64,000 bases of DNA from positions 837,285-901,284 of the forward strand of contig MU053934.1 of the NCBI GenBank assembly GCA_013239625.1, given 5' to 3'. Under the pieces are notes generated by a model. That model was given only the letters and a program-made list of their open reading frames with translations. It made no database searches and was not told where the DNA came from. Both the position numbers and the translations under genes were made by a program. The stretch comes from Lama guanicoe (Eukaryota). Shown piece by piece: positions 36,861 to 49,164 of this stretch (position 1 is the first letter of the stretch; every line of letters begins with the position of its first letter).

Positions 36861-38211
36861 GAGAAGAGGGTGGTAGTGTGGGCTTCCTTGTTTGGGGCCC
36901 ATGTTGATCCAAAGTGAGATTCGAACAGGCAGAATCTCTTAAGTAGGAAATCACGAGGGGGCTGTGGCAGGTCAAGCAATGGAAAGTCTACTAAGGTGCC
37001 TAGCTGGCCCTGATCCAGGAAACCTGAAGGAGAGCGGGATTCAGGGTTTGTTTCACTTCGGGTTTCACCTTGGGTCTGGGGCTGCAGCTGCATGCCTCCC
37101 AGGTGTCTTGATTCTACTTCTTTCTAGTTTGGCTTTGATCCCAGGCTGACTTCTCTGTCAATAATATACATGCGGACAGCTCCCAGGGCTCCCTGGTCCC
37201 TCACTCGCATCCAGGAGCAGGGACGTGACTTTTTATCTATCAGCTACTGAAGTTCATTCTCTTGTGACAACTCTTGTCCTGTGCCCACAGGAGAATGCCA
37301 TGTGCTGATTGGCATACACCTCGGAGACTGTACCACTCTGGCCTGTGTCCCTGGGTACCTTGTCTCCCAGGGACAAAGGAGCACAGGATTGAGGTTCTGC
37401 ATTTGAACTTGCAACCCCTAGGTTTTGTGATTTCGTGAGCCCTTTCATCTCTGGCATCATAAATGTCTACCAAAAAAGGGAGAGAATCATGCAGACATAC
37501 CCACTTCTTAGCTATCTTGTCATCTCTGCAGCTATAATTCCTAGGGAATGACTATAATCCATCCACTTCCTCCCGTGGGAGGTGGGAAGAGGAACAGAGA
37601 CAACTGGCAAAGGGGGAGGAAATGGGCTGGAGACCACAAGTTGCTCTCTGCCGTCACTCATGCAATCTTTGAAAGGTGCCCAGATGGGGACGCATCTGAG
37701 GTCTCGTCCTGCTTGACTTCTTAGAGATGAGGGAAAGAACAGATGGAGAAGGTAGAGAGAGCACATGGGTGGCACCCAGAGTCACTGGCAAGCAGTGGGG
37801 GCGCAGTGTGAACAGGTCAATAACTTCAACATCCCAGAAGGAACATCAGAATCCCCAGTGTATTCCAGGCACCTGCTCCCTCTGGCCACTGGGTTGACCT
37901 CCAATCACAGGCGAACTGAGCTGATAGGTAGGCCTCTGTTCTGGAAGGAAAATTACAAGAATGCAAAACCTGGGGCATGGCTTGGTCTCAAGTTGGCATC
38001 TTCTGAAGGCTGGAGCCTCTTATCTCCTTTCTGTTCTGTGCTTCTAATTCCTGCAGGCTACCTTCAGCCCAGTTGTGGGGTTTGAATCCACTGCCTGGCT
38101 TTGACCCCAATGTTGACCCAATTTTGCCTTTGATTGAACACCTTTAGGCTCATCCTTGATTTCTGAATTCTAGTCCTCAGCTGTTCTTCACTCCTCATGG
38201 CCACTCACAGG

Positions 38212-38430
38212 AATAATAATGACAGTAGACATCGTGTATCAAGTCCCTACTCTGTGCCTTGGGTTTCGCAGACATTTTCTATCAATACTGCGAGGCTGGT
38301 TATTATTATTTCCATTTTACCTGTGAGAAAACAGAAGCTCAGAATAGTTAAGTCACTTGGCCCAGGTCTCTCGGTTTGTCCGATGGCAAGGTTGGGGATC
38401 AAAGTCTGACTCCAATCTCCTTTTGCTTTT
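38212..38430 (-). mobile_element. MIR SINE
   Basis: tattattatttccattttacctgtgagaaaacagaagctcagaatagttaagtcacttggcccaggtc...gtctgactcca. Confidence 0.85.
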
Positions 38431-39039
38431 CACAGTCTGCTACTGCATCTCACAGAACAAGGGAGAGCATAGAATCCGGCTGGAAGTCCACTTTCAAGTA
38501 AGAGGGGTCCGGTGTGCAAGCGGCTCCCAATCCCATTGCCCGGGGTCTTACCTTCCACCTGGGTCTCTTCCTGGCTGGTTCCTCCTTTGACACCACGCCC
38601 AGCCCCCGAGGGCCACAGCTACCCTTTCAGTAGTCCAACCCAAGCTTGACAAAACTCGCTTTTCCTCTGTCCCTTTAACACAACTGAGACAGGCTGGTAT
38701 TTTCAGAGAGAGTTTTACCAAACACTAAGGGAAACTGAAAGGAAATAATTGCAGCAAATACAGGCAGTATAAAAATAGCCAGCTTTCCAAATACATATTT
38801 CTGGCTCTAGGAATCACAGTGAGAACAGCAGAAAGCTTTTCTGTTGTCCAAACCTAATGCTAAGGAAGCTTTCTCCCCCGCCCTCACACACACTCCCCCT
38901 CCCCCGTCCCAAGCTGCTATAAAGTCCGTTTCAGTGGAGTTCAGCCACGTTCAAACCTCTGGTGTGGGTGGGGAGTCAAGGCTCTGACCGGGGAAGGGGG
39001 AATGAGTAGGGTGAGGCATGGCTGCAGGACCCACGTCTC

Positions 39040-40030
39040 CCTTGAATAAGCTCATCTATTTCCATGACCTTGGCTCCTACCCATATGCCGATGCCTGTAG
39101 CCTAGACTTCTCTCTTGAAATCTATTGGACATCTCTGCTTGGATGTCCCATGGATAAATGAATGCCCCTGTCTCCCCCTAAACTCCTTCCTACTCCACCA
39201 GTAAATGACACTGCCAACTACCCAGTTGGACAGGAGAGGTACCAGGAGGAACCGGACAATTCCCTTATGCACAATTGACCATTACGTTCTGTCAGTGTTG
39301 TTCTTTTCCCAAAACCTCTTCATGTTTCCCCATCACCTCTGCTACTACCCACATTCAAGTTATCTTTCTCTCTTACCTGGACTGTTGTCTCGGTCTCCCT
39401 CCTAACTACTTCTGCTACCTTTACTTTTACCTCCTTGAGTCTGTTCTCTATGCTGGGGGTAAAGCTTTTAAAATACAAATTGGATTATGCCATGTTTCCT
39501 GCCTAAAACCCTCCAGGAGGTCTCTGTTGCTCTCGGAACAAAATACAAAATACAGTCTGACCCTGTTTATTCCTCCAGGTGTGTATCTCAGACACTCCTG
39601 TACTTCTTATATTTGATAATCTGTACCTGGTCCCTCTTCTTACCATTTCTGAACCACGCTGATCCCCTCTGATGTGTTACTTTGACTTCAGGGCTTGGAA
39701 CACGCTCTTCTCTCTGAATGGAATATCCTTGTCCCAAGACCCCTTGCCTGGTTTCACTTGTTAAGTCTGAACTTAGGCGTACCTAGCTCCAGACTATTCT
39801 CTATATCCCATAAAGGGGGGTTATGGGCTATGTCTGCCTCTCCAATGGGTCCTAACCTAATACTTATCACTTATAACACCTTCTAGCTTTTATGAATATC
39901 TGCCCGATAACAGGGGTGTGCGGGGAAAGTGACCATGCCATCTGAATCACCGTTGTATCATTATTTATTATCACAGTGTCTGGCATAGATTGGACAGCAC
40001 TCAATAAATATCTGATAAATGGATTAACTG
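39040..40030 (+). mobile_element. L2 LINE 3' region
   Basis: tattggacatctctgcttggatgtccca...tcttacctggact...acagtgtctggcatag...cactcaataaatatctgataaatgga. Confidence 0.8.
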
Positions 40031-41135
40031 ACAGATAAGTGAGTGAAAATAGGGTGACCAGAACCTTGGAGAGGGATGACGTGATTAAACATTGGAGTAG
40101 GAAAGAGAAGACTAGTTCGTTTAACAAACATGTCCAGACTATCTCCTCTGTATCAAGCTGTGTGCTGGGAAATAGGGACCCAAGAGACAAGGACCAGACT
40201 TCTTTCTAACTGGCAGGACCCTGATCTTGGACCATTGGTTGTTGCTACATTTTCACTACTGTGAATCTCGCCTTTTAGCAGGCCTACCTGCATACTACAC
40301 GTAAGTTCTTGGGGGCCTTGTCTGGACCAGCTTATAGCAGCAGAATTAAGTTTTAAAAGAAAAATTAGTTCCTTTTCCTTTCCTCCTCTCTCTCCTTTGT
40401 TTTTCTTCCCTTTTATCTCTTCTCCTCTCCTTTCCTTTTTAAGTGAAACCCTGCCCCATGCCTGTCCTCCCCCACTTCCGTCTTCCTCTTATAATTCATT
40501 TGTGATGCTCCAGATCTCACCTTGATTGTGATGAACTCAAAAATGTGCTGGTGGGACCAGGGCTAATGAGTTTCTGAAGGTGGCATGTTACTTAGCATCT
40601 TAATTGGTTACCCAGGATCCTCTGTGATTGACATATTCCCAGGGGAGCATCCAGGCAGAGGAGAGGGCTGGTGAGTGAAGGCACTGCAGGGTTGGAAAGG
40701 GATTAGTGCTAATTCCTCCCAGGCACCTCCTTGTGATGTTTCTCAGTCAATAAGAGATTAGACAGGGGAGGAGGCTGAAACACAGTCATGTCGGTTCTCA
40801 TCACCTGCTAACCCCTTCTCTCCATTCCCACAGTAGGCCCTAGTGCAGGGGCCTTAGGCATGTATCCGCTGATGCACACAGAACACTTGGAGGCCTTCCT
40901 CCCGCTCCTGGATCTGCCAGGAGAGCCCTGAGAAGCAAAGACTTCTGGTGTGTTTTCCAGGCATGTGGGACCCTGGGAGATGTGCTCAGGAGCTGCTTCA
41001 TGGTCTCCGAGGTGGGTGGGAGGGCAAGGTAAGAAAAGAATGAGTGATAGGCCCGTGATAGAGAGAGAGAAAGTTAAGAGAGCAGGGAGTTCTCATCAGC
41101 ATCTCATCACTACTCTGTTCTGCACCCCCAGGGCT

Positions 41136-41605
41136 TGTGGCAGACAGACTCGAGGGTGGTCCCTGTAGTCCTCGACTCTGGGTATTTACACCCTTGGATG
41201 AGTCTTTCCCCTTCAGTGTAGACAGCCCCTGATGCTTGCTTCTAACCAATAGATACGTCAAATGTGATAGGACATCCTGTGATCACATTACATAAGGCTC
41301 ATCTTGCTGGTCAGCTTGCTCTAGACTCTTGCTCTCTCTCTCTCTTCCTGGCTTTGAAGAAGCAAGCCACTGTGGATCCTACAACTACAAGGAGCTGAGT
41401 GCTGCCAACAACCTGAGTGAGCTTGGATGAGAACCTCAAGTCTCAGATGAGAACCCAGCTCGGGCGGACAACTTGACCACAGTCTTGTGACCACTGAACA
41501 GAGAACTGAAGTGCGTGCTGGAACTCCTGATGCACACACTACGAGATAATAAATGTGCTGTCTCTAAGTTTGTCATAATTAGTTCTGCAGTGATAGAAAC
41601 CGACA
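41136..41605 (+). mobile_element. MLT1E/F-like MaLR LTR
   Basis: tgtggcagacagact...cttgcttctaaccaataga...ctgccaacaacctgagtgagcttgga...gagataataaatgtg...ctaagtttg. Confidence 0.88.
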
Positions 41606-41824
41606 AGTAATGGGAAATGAATGCAGTGGTCCCTTTTCCTTCCTGCCTTGAGCACCAGGGCCTGGATGTCTTTGTTCTCTTCCATCACCAATGAGGTCTC
41701 TTGGGAAAGGACAGTAAATTTATTCATACTAACATGAACTTGACTAACTGCAGCTCATGTTGCTACTCTCCCAACAAAGACATCCATACACAGGAAGCCT
41801 TAAAAGCTATGGCTCTTGTAAAAA

Positions 41825-42865
41825 AAGTCTACTGGATATTAAACCCTTATCAATTATATTAGGAAATTATAGGACTCAATAGCAAAATAACAATCTGATT
41901 TAAAAATAGACATTTTTCCAAAGAAGACGTGAAGATGGCCAACAGGTACATGAAAAGGTGCTCAACATCACTAATCATCAGGGAAATGCAAGTCAAACCC
42001 ACAATGAGATACAGTGTCACATCTGTTAGGATGGCTAACATCAAAAAGGAAGAAACAACACATGCTGACAAAGACTTAAAGAAAAGGAAACTTTTGTGCA
42101 CTGTTGGTGGGAATGGAAATTGGTGCAGCCAGTATAAAAAACATTGTGGAGGTTCCTCCAAAAAGTAAATATAGAACGATCATATGATCCAGCAAGATTC
42201 ACTTTGGGTGCATATCCAAAATGAAACCACTATCTTGAAGAGGTGGCTACATCCCCAAGTTCACTGCAGCATCATTTATAATAGACAAGGCATGGAAACA
42301 AGTGTCTATCAGTGGATGAATGGATAAAAAGTTGTGATACATATAGCTAAAATGGAATATCATGCAGCCATATAAAAGAAGAAAATCCTGCCATTATGAC
42401 AACATGGATGGACCTTGAGGGCATTACACTAAGTGAAGTAAGACAGAGAAAGATAAATACTCCATAATCTCATTTATATGTGGGGTTTAAAGGAGCCTAA
42501 CTCATGGAAATAAATAATAGAATGGTGGTTACCATGGGCTGGCGGGTAGGGGAAATGGGGAGGTGTTGGTCAAAGGGTACAGACTTACAGCTATCAGATA
42601 CATAATTTCTGGGGGGGGTCTAGTATACAGGAGGGTGATTATAATGAACAATACTGGATAATATACTTAAAAATTAAGTGCATAGATCTTAACTGTTTTC
42701 ATCACACATACAAATAGATGGTAGTTATATGAGGGAATGGAAGTGTTAACTAACCTTTTTGTGATAATCATTTCGCAATGTATGAGCAAATCAAATTATC
42801 ACACTGTGCACCTTAAGTGGATATATGTTATATGTCAATAATATCCCAGTAAAACTGGAAAAAGG
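41825..42865 (+). mobile_element. L1MA9-like ORF2 3' end and 3' UTR
   Basis: The ORF at 41929-42168 ([21 protein letters not shown]...[11 protein letters not shown]) is L1 ORF2p; the 3' UTR ends gttatatgtcaataatatcccagtaaaactggaaaaa. Confidence 0.92.
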
Positions 42866-42956
42866 GTTTATTGGTCTTTTGGGACTATTTAGTTTAGATA
42901 ATTTATTATGCCTTGAATTATGTCCCCTTTTTTGGAGGAGGTAGGTTGTGGCAACA

Positions 42957-43272
42957 CTTTTATTTTTAATTGAAGTATAGTCAGTTTACAGTGTGGTATT
43001 AATTTCTGGTGTACAGCGTAGTGATTCAGTTACATACATTTATATATTCCCTTTCATATTCTTTTTCATTATAGGCTATTACAAGGTATTGAATATAGTT
43101 CCCTGTGCTATACAGTTGTTTATCTATTTTATATATAGTAGTTAGTATCTGCAAATCCTGAACTCCTCGTTTATCCCTCCACCTGCCTTTCCCCGCTGAT
43201 AACCATAAGTTTGTTTTCTACGTCTGTGAGTCTGTCTCTGTTTTGTGAATAAGTTCATTCATGTCATTTTTT
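42957..43272 (-). mobile_element. Cetartiodactyl-type L1 3' end
   Basis: ttttaattgaagtatagtcagtttaca...ttccctgtgctatacag...aaccataagtttgttttct. Confidence 0.92.
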
Positions 43273-44073
43273 CACATGGGGAATCTTACAAAAATGACAC
43301 AAGTGGCAGCACTTTTAATTTTTCTTTCTTTTAAGCTTTTCTTGGCAGACTTTCATGATCTGCTCTTTTGGCTCTATTGGGCAGAGCAGGGAAATTACTT
43401 TCATTGTCAACTTCAAAACTCCTTTCTCAAAGCAAAGCCTCTTTAGGCCAGAGTGCCGTGCCCCAGGCCAGAGGCTTCTGACTCACCCAGATTCCCAGTT
43501 AAAAGACACTGCAGCCCCAGAGCTTCTGGGAGATGGAAGCAACCTCCTAAGAGGGCGCAGGTGTGAGCTCTGGTTTTGGATATCGGGGTGAGAATAGCTT
43601 TTACTCTTTTCACTTAACTTGAAGAAGCCAGTGCTCTAAAATCAGAAAGAATTAAATTGTACCATCTGTGAACTATTTGCTGGCAATGAGCAAGTTATTT
43701 AACCTGTCTTGTCCTGTTTCTCTCTTTAACATACGTTATTGTGAACATTAGCTAAGGTAACGGTGTGGTGAAGAGTCCTCAGCACCATGACCAGCCCCTG
43801 GCTTCTCATCCAACACATGCTAATTTTTTCCCCTTTGTGTGTAGAGGAGGGATGTGAGCAAGACCAAGGGCAAATGAGGTTTCTCAGGGATGAAAAGCTA
43901 CAGAGCAGTAGTCTTCCTCCTTCTTCACCTTTTACCTCTGATTTCTCCCCTTTTCCTTCCTTCTCCCTCGTAAGCAAATATATTCAAAGTGCTTAGGACA
44001 GGACTTGGCCACAGATGCTGAATTTTCTGCTGTTGTTAGTATTTTTATTGAAACTGTTATTTTTGTTGTCAAA

Positions 44074-44265
44074 ATCATCATCATCACAAAGATCATTGTC
44101 ATCATCACCATTATTACAATCATCACCATCATTATCACCATCATCATCACCAAGATCACCATCATCATCACCACCACCATCACCAACATCATTGTCATCA
44201 TCACCATCATTATCACCATCACCACCATCATCATCATCACCAAGATCATCATCACCATCATCATC
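44074..44265. repeat. Imperfect (ATC/ACC)n trinucleotide repeat
   Basis: About 190 bp of atc/acc/att triplets. Confidence 0.95.
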
Positions 44266-44289
44266 TCTTCCCTCCCAGCCCAGTTTTCT

Positions 44290-44640
44290 TTAGTAAAGGT
44301 AACATACCTGTACCGCTCTCTGTAATGCTGAGGCTGGGAGCCTGTGTAAATTACATTTCCTGAACACCCCTGCCATCTGGCTTCCTGTTCAGTTTTGCCA
44401 ACAAGGAGATGCTGTCAGAGAGGAGGAAAAGCTTTATATTTGCCTTCTGTTTTTCTGCTTTTGGCAGCTTCTCCAGAAAAAGCTGCATCCGTTTGAGATG
44501 ATCCTAGCTTTAGCCACAGCAGCCTCCTCCTCTGGGATGGCCCTCCTCAGCAGGATGGCCCTCCTCAGGGCTTCCAAGGACGGCCCTCCTCAGGGCTTCC
44601 AAGTACAGTCCTCCTCCGAGGCTTCAGTGCTGCCTGGGCC
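44290..44640. mobile_element. LTR33-like ERVL LTR fragment
   Basis: ctctctgtaatgctgaggctgggagcctg...acatttcc...tgccatctggcttcctgttcagttttgccaa resembles the recalled LTR33 consensus. Confidence 0.6.
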
Positions 44641-44647
44641 ATCTCTG

Positions 44648-44768
44648 CAGGGGAAGGGAAGGGGAATAGGGGGAGGGGAGGGAGAGGAGAGGAGAGGGAG
44701 GGAAGGGGAACGAGGCGGAGGAGGAAGAAGGCGGGGCAGGGGAGCAGAGCAGAGAAGAAAGTGGAGGC
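44648..44768 (+). repeat. GA-rich polypurine tract
   Basis: ggggaagggaaggggaatagggggaggggagggagaggagaggagagggagggaagggg. Confidence 0.9.
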
Positions 44769-45489
44769 AGCACAGCCTCTGACTGTTTTTCCCTCTGAAT
44801 GTGTTTGAATGAGTAGCCATTTGTTGTCAGTCCAAGGATTAGTCAAAAGATGCTGAAATAACAGAACAAAAATGTGGGAAAAATATGAGTCCTTGATCAC
44901 ATGGTTGAGTTACGGAATCAACTAACCCTGGAAGCTTCCCACATTTAGACTTTGCTTTCTTGAGATGAACTTCCTTATTGTTTTTATCAGTTTAAGTCAG
45001 TTTGTTAGTTTCAGCCATTGTCATCCTACAGAAAGACGTAAACAGAGAGGAGAAATCTACTCCTTGTCTTTCTCCTCATTTCCTTCTTCTCCTTCACCCT
45101 TTCCACCTCCCGCTCCTTCCTCCCTCCTTCCCTTCCTCTAAGAATGCAGAAAGCTTTGTCCAGTTAGCTTCCTGTCGCATCTCATTGGCTGCAATCAGAG
45201 CTCGTGTCCATAGCTAAGTATGTCTGTAAAACGGGATAGAATGATCACAATTAGCCTAGACTGCATATTATAGGGTATGATACAGAGTCAACTGTCCACA
45301 GCCGTGACGTATCTGTGATTTTACCCAACTGCTAGTTTCCTGGTTACTGGAAAAGAGGAAAATAAGAACAGTCGGAGTAAAAGAAAGACATAGAGTGTGC
45401 AGAGGGACAAATTCAACAATCACAGCAGACCTCTCACCAAAATTCGTACAGGCCAGGAGATGTTGGAGTGACGTATTTGACTGAACCAC

Positions 45490-46270
45490 AAAAGTAGTTT
45501 ATCCAATGAAAACATTTTTCAAAAACAATTGGGAAAATAAAAGCCGAGCCAGTTTATGAACAAACTACATTGCAAGAGTTGTTAAGCTCTTTAGGCAGAA
45601 GGAGAATGGTATCAGATAGAAATTTCAATCTGCGTAAAGGAATAAAGGAATAAACATCACCAGAAGCGGCAAATGTTGGAATTAATATAAAATACTTTTT
45701 CTCATTTTTAATTACTTTAAAAGCTAATTGACTGTTTAAAGCAGAAATAGTAGCAATATATTGTGAGGCTTACAGCACATGTAGAAGGAAATTGTAAGAT
45801 CACAATAGCACAAGGGATGGGGAGAGGGAGAAGGTCTAACTCATATGCTACCCATGAAGTGGTACATGCAGTGGTTTCAAGGCAGACTGTGATTGATTAA
45901 AAAGTTGTATAATGTAAACTTGAGAGCAACCACTAAGAAGATAAAGGAAAGAAGGATAGTCAGTAAGCCAACTGTAGAGACAAAATGGAATACTAAACTA
46001 CACTGAGTTGATTCAAAAGAAGGCAGGAAAAGAGGGGGAAAGGAACAAAGAACAGATGGAATGAAAAGAAAGCAAACGTGCAATGTGGTAGTTTAAAACC
46101 CAGTCATATTGATGGTTACATTAAATGGAAATGGTGTAACGCTCCAGAGATGCTCAGACTGGATGAAAAATGAGCACCAGACTATATGTTATTTATAAAG
46201 AGCCACTTTAAATACAAAGACAGGTTAAACATAAAAGAACAGATACGTATGTAAAATACCTATCAGAATA
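45490..46270 (+). mobile_element. Old L1 fragment spanning the ORF1 end to the ORF2 endonuclease start
   Basis: gttacattaaatggaaatggt...tcagactggatgaaaa...ccagactatatgttattta...cactttaaatacaaagaca matches the TLNVNGL...DWI...PTICCLQETH region, decayed. Confidence 0.75.
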
Positions 46271-47821
46271 CTAAATACCAGACAGCTCTTGGTGCTTCAT
46301 TTACATGCATTACCTCAATGAATATTTAAAATAATTTATGATGAACAAACGAACAAGTCATCATTTTTAAAAATGAAGAAGCTCCAAAGTCTGTGTTCTT
46401 AACTGTCGTTAAGACTTTAGACTTCTGGAAGGTAGGGATTGTATTGTAATTATGTTTTTACTTTCAGTGTCTCCATATCAACAACACAAGACTGGCTCAG
46501 AATAGGTGACTGACAATTACGTTTTTCATGAATAACGGGTGGATGATTGACTGGCTGGCTGGCTGGGTGAATGAAGACATGAACGCACCTGGAGACGCCA
46601 CTATCATCCCGCTGGTAGCGTGTGTCCTGAACAGACCTCAGTTTGACAATGAGAACAACATTTCCGACAGCAGATAATATCACACATCAAAACTGAGGTA
46701 AGAATTCAAGTTCTTTGGTGCACGGAGTAGGTTCTGTGTTAATTATTAAAACCAAGCAGGAGATGCTTCCAGGGCTGGGATTGGGGTGGGACTTGTAAAG
46801 CCGTAACATAAAGTCTCTTCCTTCGAAGGCAATTCCCTTCTTGGCTCTGAGAACGAACATGCCACCTCCGACCATCCCCTCTGTGGCATCCTGTCTAAAT
46901 GCAGTGTCTGGTCAGCTGGGGATGAGAATTAGTGAGTTATTTTGTATGTAGGCACTGCCAAAGAAACATGTAATTACACCCATCTTGCAATTTTAGAGCA
47001 TAAGGATAATGTGTTTGTCGGAGTTGTTAGGATAATCAAACTCATCAAGACCATTCAGAGAACACCCAGCGGACTAGTGCCACTACGCTTCTTACACCCT
47101 ATTGTATTTCTTTGTTTAAAAACTCCATTCCTATCATTCCTTAACTGTAAGTTATAGATATCCATTGGAGATTGCTAAAGCAAAAAACAAAAAAAAAATT
47201 AGCGGACAGATTGGGGGACTTCATTATAAAAATATGTAAGTATTTCATGTCACCCAAGGGGAAGGAAGTAGCTGAGCCCTAGGCAAAAAACGGAGCCAGG
47301 ATCTGGAAAGACATCAAGACAATCTCTCGAGCTCACATGTTTGCTTTTCTTGGAACAATGATCCTTCTAAGGCTTTCTGTTCTTACTCTTCATTACACAT
47401 GGTAGGCTATCCTTGGCCACACAATAGCATCCTGATTTGCCATCTTCTGCAAGTATAGGTCAGGCTTAACTAGAAGATCTACGACCAAATTTTAAATTTC
47501 TGGGAGAAATATTCTTATTGGCCCACCCTGATTCAGTTTAAAGTTACCTCGAGGAGTCATAAGTATTGTCCTGTTGGGTAACAGAAGCAATTAGGAGCCT
47601 TTTTTTTTTAATCTAGATAAACATTCCAAGAATATAAATTTCTGGAGAGCAGGAACTCTCACTCATCTTCATGAATCTTGGCACAATGCCTGACACATGA
47701 TAAGTCATTGTAAGGGTTATAATTCCAATCTGTCAGATGTCCAAACCCTGAAGTAACTTCTGCCTGAATCGCTCTTTCCTCATATCTGTACATCACTGGT
47801 TAATTCTGTTCCATACCACTC

Positions 47822-48310
47822 ACCGTAGGCTAAGTTGCGCTGCATAACAAATGAACCCCCAGATCTTACTGCCTCAGAACAGTGATCCTCAAGGTGTGAT
47901 CCCTGGTCAGGCAGCATCAGTATCACCTGGGAACTTGGTAGATTCTTGGTCTCTACTCCAGACCCACTAAATGAAAAACTTTGGGATGGGTCCCATCTCT
48001 TTGCTTCACCAGGCCCTCTGGTTACTTTTTGGTGTACACTGAAGTTTAGGACCCGCTAGCTTTGAACAGTAGAGCTTTGTTTCTCATTAAACTTGCAAGA
48101 GCACCGGGGGTCGTCTGTCCTACATCACCTTACTTCACCAGCACGTGGATCAAAACCTACTGAGACCAGAAAGGGACACATGACGATCCAAGAGCTAGCT
48201 CTTAAAACTTCGCTCCGAAGTTACATTCCATGGCCCTCAACAAATCCAGTGGGGATGGACAGCAACATACAGTCCTGTCACAGAGAAGGGATACATAGGA
48301 AGGGAAATAG
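47822..48310 (-). mobile_element. Old MLT1-like LTR containing a MER5A insertion
   Basis: taggctaagttgcgctgcataacaaatgaacccccagatct...gctcttaaaacttcgctccgaagt. Confidence 0.6.
47880..48058 (+). mobile_element. MER5A transposon
   Basis: cagtgatcctcaaggtgtgatcc...gcagcatcagtatcacctgggaacttg...ccagacccactaaat...gaagtttaggacccgct. Confidence 0.88.
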
Positions 48311-48419
48311 AACTGTTGCATTCACTTTATTATTTTCTCATTTCCATGTAGATTTGCAGATGGCAGTCAGAGTAATGTTTCGACAAACATTTCTCAAGGC
48401 CGTGGAACAATCATAATTG

Positions 48420-48835
48420 TTCCCATTGTTACGATTGCTCTGTTCAGCTTGCATGGCCACTCTTACGGTCCCACACGCCTGTGCACAGCGAGGTCTGCCT
48501 CTGTCTGGAAGAGCAGTGACATAACCCACCGCATACGTTTTCCCTGTCTCTGCTCAAACGTGCCTTCTTAGGAAAGATTTCCCTAACTGGCCTAATTTCA
48601 TGCTGTCCTGTTTCCTCCACCCTCTCTCACTCTGTCACATCACCCTGTTTAATTTTCTCCTCACCACTTACATCAAGCTGAAGCCACTTTATTAGTTTAA
48701 TTATTCTAAAATTTATTACCACGTATGCTTCATCAGAACAAAGACTTTGTCTATGTTATTCACAGCTCTATCCCCTGAACTTAGAGCTGTGCCCCACACA
48801 GAAATGTTCAGTAAACATTATGGGATATGAGATGA
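48420..48835 (+). mobile_element. L2 3' region
   Basis: ctctgttcagc...tgcctctgtctggaa...gactttgtctatgttattcacagctctatccc...ttcagtaaacatt. Confidence 0.75.
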
Positions 48836-49164
48836 ACCAACTAACCTCTCACTGCTATTTAAAGTGGAGCTGGGGCCTGTCCTGGGTCTGAGCCAGAAGC
48901 CGGGGATGGCAGATAAGAAGCTTCCAAACTGATGTCCGGACACAGAGCCCAATATGGATTTGGGTCTGCTGAGTGAGAAACTAATTTAGGGAAGCTTTCG
49001 GCTTTCAGCTTATGATTCCGCCCTGGTGTCTAGCTTCTTCCTTCCCAACTATGAGTTCACCCAGCATTTCAAAGGCGGCTTCTCCGAGCTTCCCTTGGTG
49101 AGAGAGATCGAATACCCTGGGAGAATACCTTACTCCCATCTCTAGAAAGGATACTATTGGAGTT

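Noticed and set aside
36538..36975. 145-aa ORF
   Set aside because: It overlaps a MIR and shows no protein similarity or splice context I can recognise.
43932..44325. ORFs rich in Met/Val, Ile/Thr or Ser/Pro
   Set aside because: These are stop-free frames produced by the ATC/ACC repeat.
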